NCBI GenBank assembly: GCA_905478555.1
Contig: CAJQIZ010000021.1
Span: 13,479-77,478, forward strand
Source of the DNA: an uncultured Flavobacteriales bacterium
GTDB taxonomy: Bacteria > Bacteroidota > Bacteroidia > Flavobacteriales > BACL11
DNA length: 64,000 nt
Direction: 5' to 3'
A program made the translations under genes and the position numbers. Shown here piece after piece: positions 61,355 to 64,000 of this stretch. The notes beneath the pieces are model-generated. The model made no database searches. It was not told where the DNA came from and saw only the letters and a list, made by a program, of their open reading frames with translations. The first letter of the stretch is position 1. Every line of letters begins with the position of its first letter.

Positions 61355-62308
61355 ATGAATTATTTAGATTTTGAAAAACCAATAGAAGACCTAATAGAAA
61401 AATTAGATCAAGCAATTCAATTAGGAAAAGAAGGAGATGTAGACGTTAGCACTACATTAGAAGGATTAGAAAAGAAAATTAAAAAAACAAGGAAAGAAAT
61501 ATACGAAAATCTTTCTCCTTGGCAAAAAGTGCAAATGTCTCGTCATCCACAACGTCCTTACACACTAGACTATATAAACGAACTTACCAAAGGTGATTTT
61601 GTAGAATTACATGGAGATAGAAATGTAAAAGACGACAAAGCCATGGTTGGAGGTTGGGGTACAATTGATGGAGAAACAGTTATGTTTATCGGTCAGCAAA
61701 AGGGGAGAAATACAAAACAAAGACAATACAGAAATTTTGGAATGGCAAATCCAGAGGGATACAGAAAGGCACTCCGTTTAATGAAAATGGCGGAAAAGTT
61801 TGGGAAACCAGTAGTTTCTTTAATTGATACACCAGGTGCATTTCCAGGATTAGAAGCAGAAGAAAGAGGACAAGGAGAAGCAATAGCACGAAACCTTATT
61901 GAAATGACAAAACTAAAAGTACCAATCATTTGTGTTATTATTGGTGAAGGTGCTTCTGGTGGTGCATTAGGTATAGGTATTGGAGATAAGGTTTTAATGA
62001 TGGAAAACTCTTGGTATTCTGTAATTTCTCCTGAAAATTGTTCTACTATTTTGTGGAAAAGTTGGGAGTTTAAAGAGAAGGCTGCAACGGCTCTGAAACT
62101 AACTTCTGAAGATATGATGAAAAATAAATTGATTGATGGAGTAATAAAAGAACCTCTTGGAGGAGCACATACTTTCCCTAATCAATGTTATAAAAATGTA
62201 AAAAAAGCAATTAAAGATAGTATAGCAGAATGTCAGTCACTTACTGCAGAGAAATTAGTTAAAATAAGAATGGATAAATTCTCAAACATGGGAGTTTACA
62301 ACGAATAA
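61355..62308 (+). CDS. accA: Acetyl-CoA carboxylase carboxyltransferase subunit alpha
   Basis: Motifs are [46 protein letters not shown] and [13 protein letters not shown] chose the start at ATG 61355. Confidence 0.92.
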   Translation: MNYLDFEKPIEDLIEKLDQAIQLGKEGDVDVSTTLEGLEKKIKKTRKEIYENLSPWQKVQMSRHPQRPYTLDYINELTKGDFVELHGDRNVKDDKAMVGGWGTIDGETVMFIGQQKGRNTKQRQYRNFGMANPEGYRKALRLMKMAEKFGKPVVSLIDTPGAFPGLEAEERGQGEAIARNLIEMTKLKVPIICVIIGEGASGGALGIGIGDKVLMMENSWYSVISPENCSTILWKSWEFKEKAATALKLTSEDMMKNKLIDGVIKEPLGGAHTFPNQCYKNVKKAIKDSIAECQSLTAEKLVKIRMDKFSNMGVYNE

Positions 62309-62310
62309 AT

Positions 62311-63786
62311 ATGGCAAAAAAGCTTCAAGACAACAAAAAACCAGCTGACATCAATGGTAAAATGCAACCTCAAGCAATTGACTTAGAGATATCAGTTTTA
62401 GGAGCAATATTAATTGATAATGAAGCTTTATCTGACAGTATTGATATCCTGAAACAAGAATATTTTTATAAAACAGAGCACCAATATATTTATGAAGCAA
62501 TAGCTAATCTATTTCAAGCATCAAACCCTATTGATATTTTAACAGTAACAGAAGAGTTAAAAAGATTAGGAAATTTAAAAAAATCAGGCGGAGTAGCTTA
62601 TGTTTCCAGCCTTACATCAAGAGTTTCTTCATCTGCAAATACTGAATATCACGCTCGTATTATTTCAGAAAAATTTATTCAAAGAAAACTTATAAATATC
62701 TCTAGTGGAATTATTGAAGAAAGTTTAGATGATACCATTGATGTTTTTGAAACACTAAATAAAGCAGAACAAGAACTCTTTAATGTTACAGAAGGTACAC
62801 TAAGAAAGAGTTACGACACAATGAGTGATTTAATTAAAATATCACTTAAAAATATTGAAGATTTAAAAAACCAAAAAGAAGGTTTAAGTGGGGTTCCTTC
62901 AGGATTTTCAAACTTAGATAGAATTACTTCTGGATGGCAAAAATCTGATTTAATTATCTGTGCTGCTCGTCCTGGAATGGGAAAAACTGCTTTCGCACTT
63001 ACCATGGCCAGAAATATTGCCGTACAACACAATATGCCTGTAGCTGTTTTTTCCTTAGAGATGTCCTCTGAACAATTAGTAAACCGTTTAATTTCTTCAG
63101 AATCTGAAATTGAAGCTGGAAAATTAAGAAAAGGGGATTTAGCCGATCATGAATGGATACAACTACATTCCAAAATAAAAGGACTCTCAAAAGCACCTAT
63201 TTTTATTGATGACACACCTGCAATTTCTGTTTTCGAACTAAGAGCAAAAGCCAGAAGATTAGTGAAAAAACATGGTGTAAAAATGTTAGTTATTGACTAC
63301 CTCCAATTAATGACTGCAGGAGGAAAGGGAGGGAATAGAGAACAAGAAATTTCAACTATTTCTAGATCTCTAAAAGGAATTGCTAAAGAATTATCTATAC
63401 CTGTAATGGCACTTTCTCAAGTAAACCGTTCTTTAGAACAGAGATCAGGAGTTGGTAGTAAACGACCAATGTTATCAGATTTGAGAGAGTCAGGAGCAAT
63501 TGAACAAGATGCAGATATTGTAACATTTATTTATCGTCCTGAATATTACAAAATTCAAGAATGGGAAGATGGAGAAAATTGCCTTGGACAAGGAGAAATA
63601 ATTATTGCAAAACATAGAAATGGAGGATTAGATAATATTCGACTTAAATTTAAAGCACAATTTGCAAAATTCTCAGACCTAGATGAATTTGAACATGAAG
63701 CAGATTCTGTAACTAATGAAACTATGGTATCTATGTCTTCATCAATGAATAATGATGAGGATTTTGATGATGAAGATGATATTTAA
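62311..63786 (+). CDS. dnaB: Replicative DNA helicase DnaB
   Basis: It has PQAIDLEISVLGAILIDNEAL and Walker A ARPGMGKTAFAL. FSLEMS, VIDYLQLM, SQVNRSLEQR, LRESGAIEQDADIV and KHRNG are also present. Confidence 0.93.
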   Translation: MAKKLQDNKKPADINGKMQPQAIDLEISVLGAILIDNEALSDSIDILKQEYFYKTEHQYIYEAIANLFQASNPIDILTVTEELKRLGNLKKSGGVAYVSSLTSRVSSSANTEYHARIISEKFIQRKLINISSGIIEESLDDTIDVFETLNKAEQELFNVTEGTLRKSYDTMSDLIKISLKNIEDLKNQKEGLSGVPSGFSNLDRITSGWQKSDLIICAARPGMGKTAFALTMARNIAVQHNMPVAVFSLEMSSEQLVNRLISSESEIEAGKLRKGDLADHEWIQLHSKIKGLSKAPIFIDDTPAISVFELRAKARRLVKKHGVKMLVIDYLQLMTAGGKGGNREQEISTISRSLKGIAKELSIPVMALSQVNRSLEQRSGVGSKRPMLSDLRESGAIEQDADIVTFIYRPEYYKIQEWEDGENCLGQGEIIIAKHRNGGLDNIRLKFKAQFAKFSDLDEFEHEADSVTNETMVSMSSSMNNDEDFDDEDDI

Positions 63787-64000
63787 TGAGAAAAACTCTT
63801 TTATTAATATTACTTCTTTTTAATCTCGAAATTTTTTCGTCCTACATCCTTATTCCAATGGATGACTCTCAAACTAATCATTTAAAATCATACGGAATAG
63901 CATTTTTAGCTATTGAGAATGAAATAAAAGTAGATTGGTTACTCAATTACAGAGGAGGATCGTTTCTTATTAAAAATTATCCAGAAATTGAGAAAGAATG
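63786..64000 (+). CDS. Secreted protein, N-terminal fragment (runs off the right edge); resembles a conserved Bacteroidota family often labelled asparagine synthetase B-like
   Basis: Manual translation from ATG 63786 (TAATG overlap with the dnaB stop) gives MRKTLLLILLLFNLEIFSSYILIPMDDSQTNHLKSYGIAFLAIENEIKVDWLLNYRGGSFLIK... The family label is from memory only. Confidence 0.45.
   Translation, partial: MRKTLLLILLLFNLEIFSSYILIPMDDSQTNHLKSYGIAFLAIENEIKVDWLLNYRGGSFLIKNYPEIEKE

Overview
This is an AT-rich chromosomal segment with Bacteroidota (Flavobacteriia-like) hallmarks. These include many T9SS C-terminal sorting domains (type A and type B), SprB-type repeats, a complete MoxR/DUF58/BatA-E operon, TAnnTTTG-type promoter boxes and a Rho factor with a large N-terminal insertion. 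About two thirds of the window is ordinary, syntenic-looking housekeeping: secD, mdh, gyrB, ftsE, murB, a RecD-like helicase, an AddAB-like helicase/nuclease pair, an ABC exporter, truA, rho, ispE, accA and dnaB. The rest encodes secreted or surface proteins: seven predicted T9SS cargo proteins, five of them with the type B ('gliding motility-associated') CTD. I saw no rRNA, tRNA, CRISPR array, transposase, integrase or recognisable defence system. The most unusual feature is the locus at 40.4-57.4 kb, which holds a small secreted protein and three tandem giant adhesin genes (about 1,800-1,900 aa each). The last two genes share a 3,437-bp perfectly identical direct repeat (period 5,652 bp) but carry different N-terminal 'heads', a Cys-rich module in one and an L-type lectin domain in the other. 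The identity runs through the stop codon and 17 nt into the next ORF at both copies. Each of these two genes also has a GEVED domain nested inside an SprB repeat. A T8 tract sits in the spacer of the predicted promoter for the locus. All family assignments come from motif recognition by eye in the translated ORFs; no database search was run.
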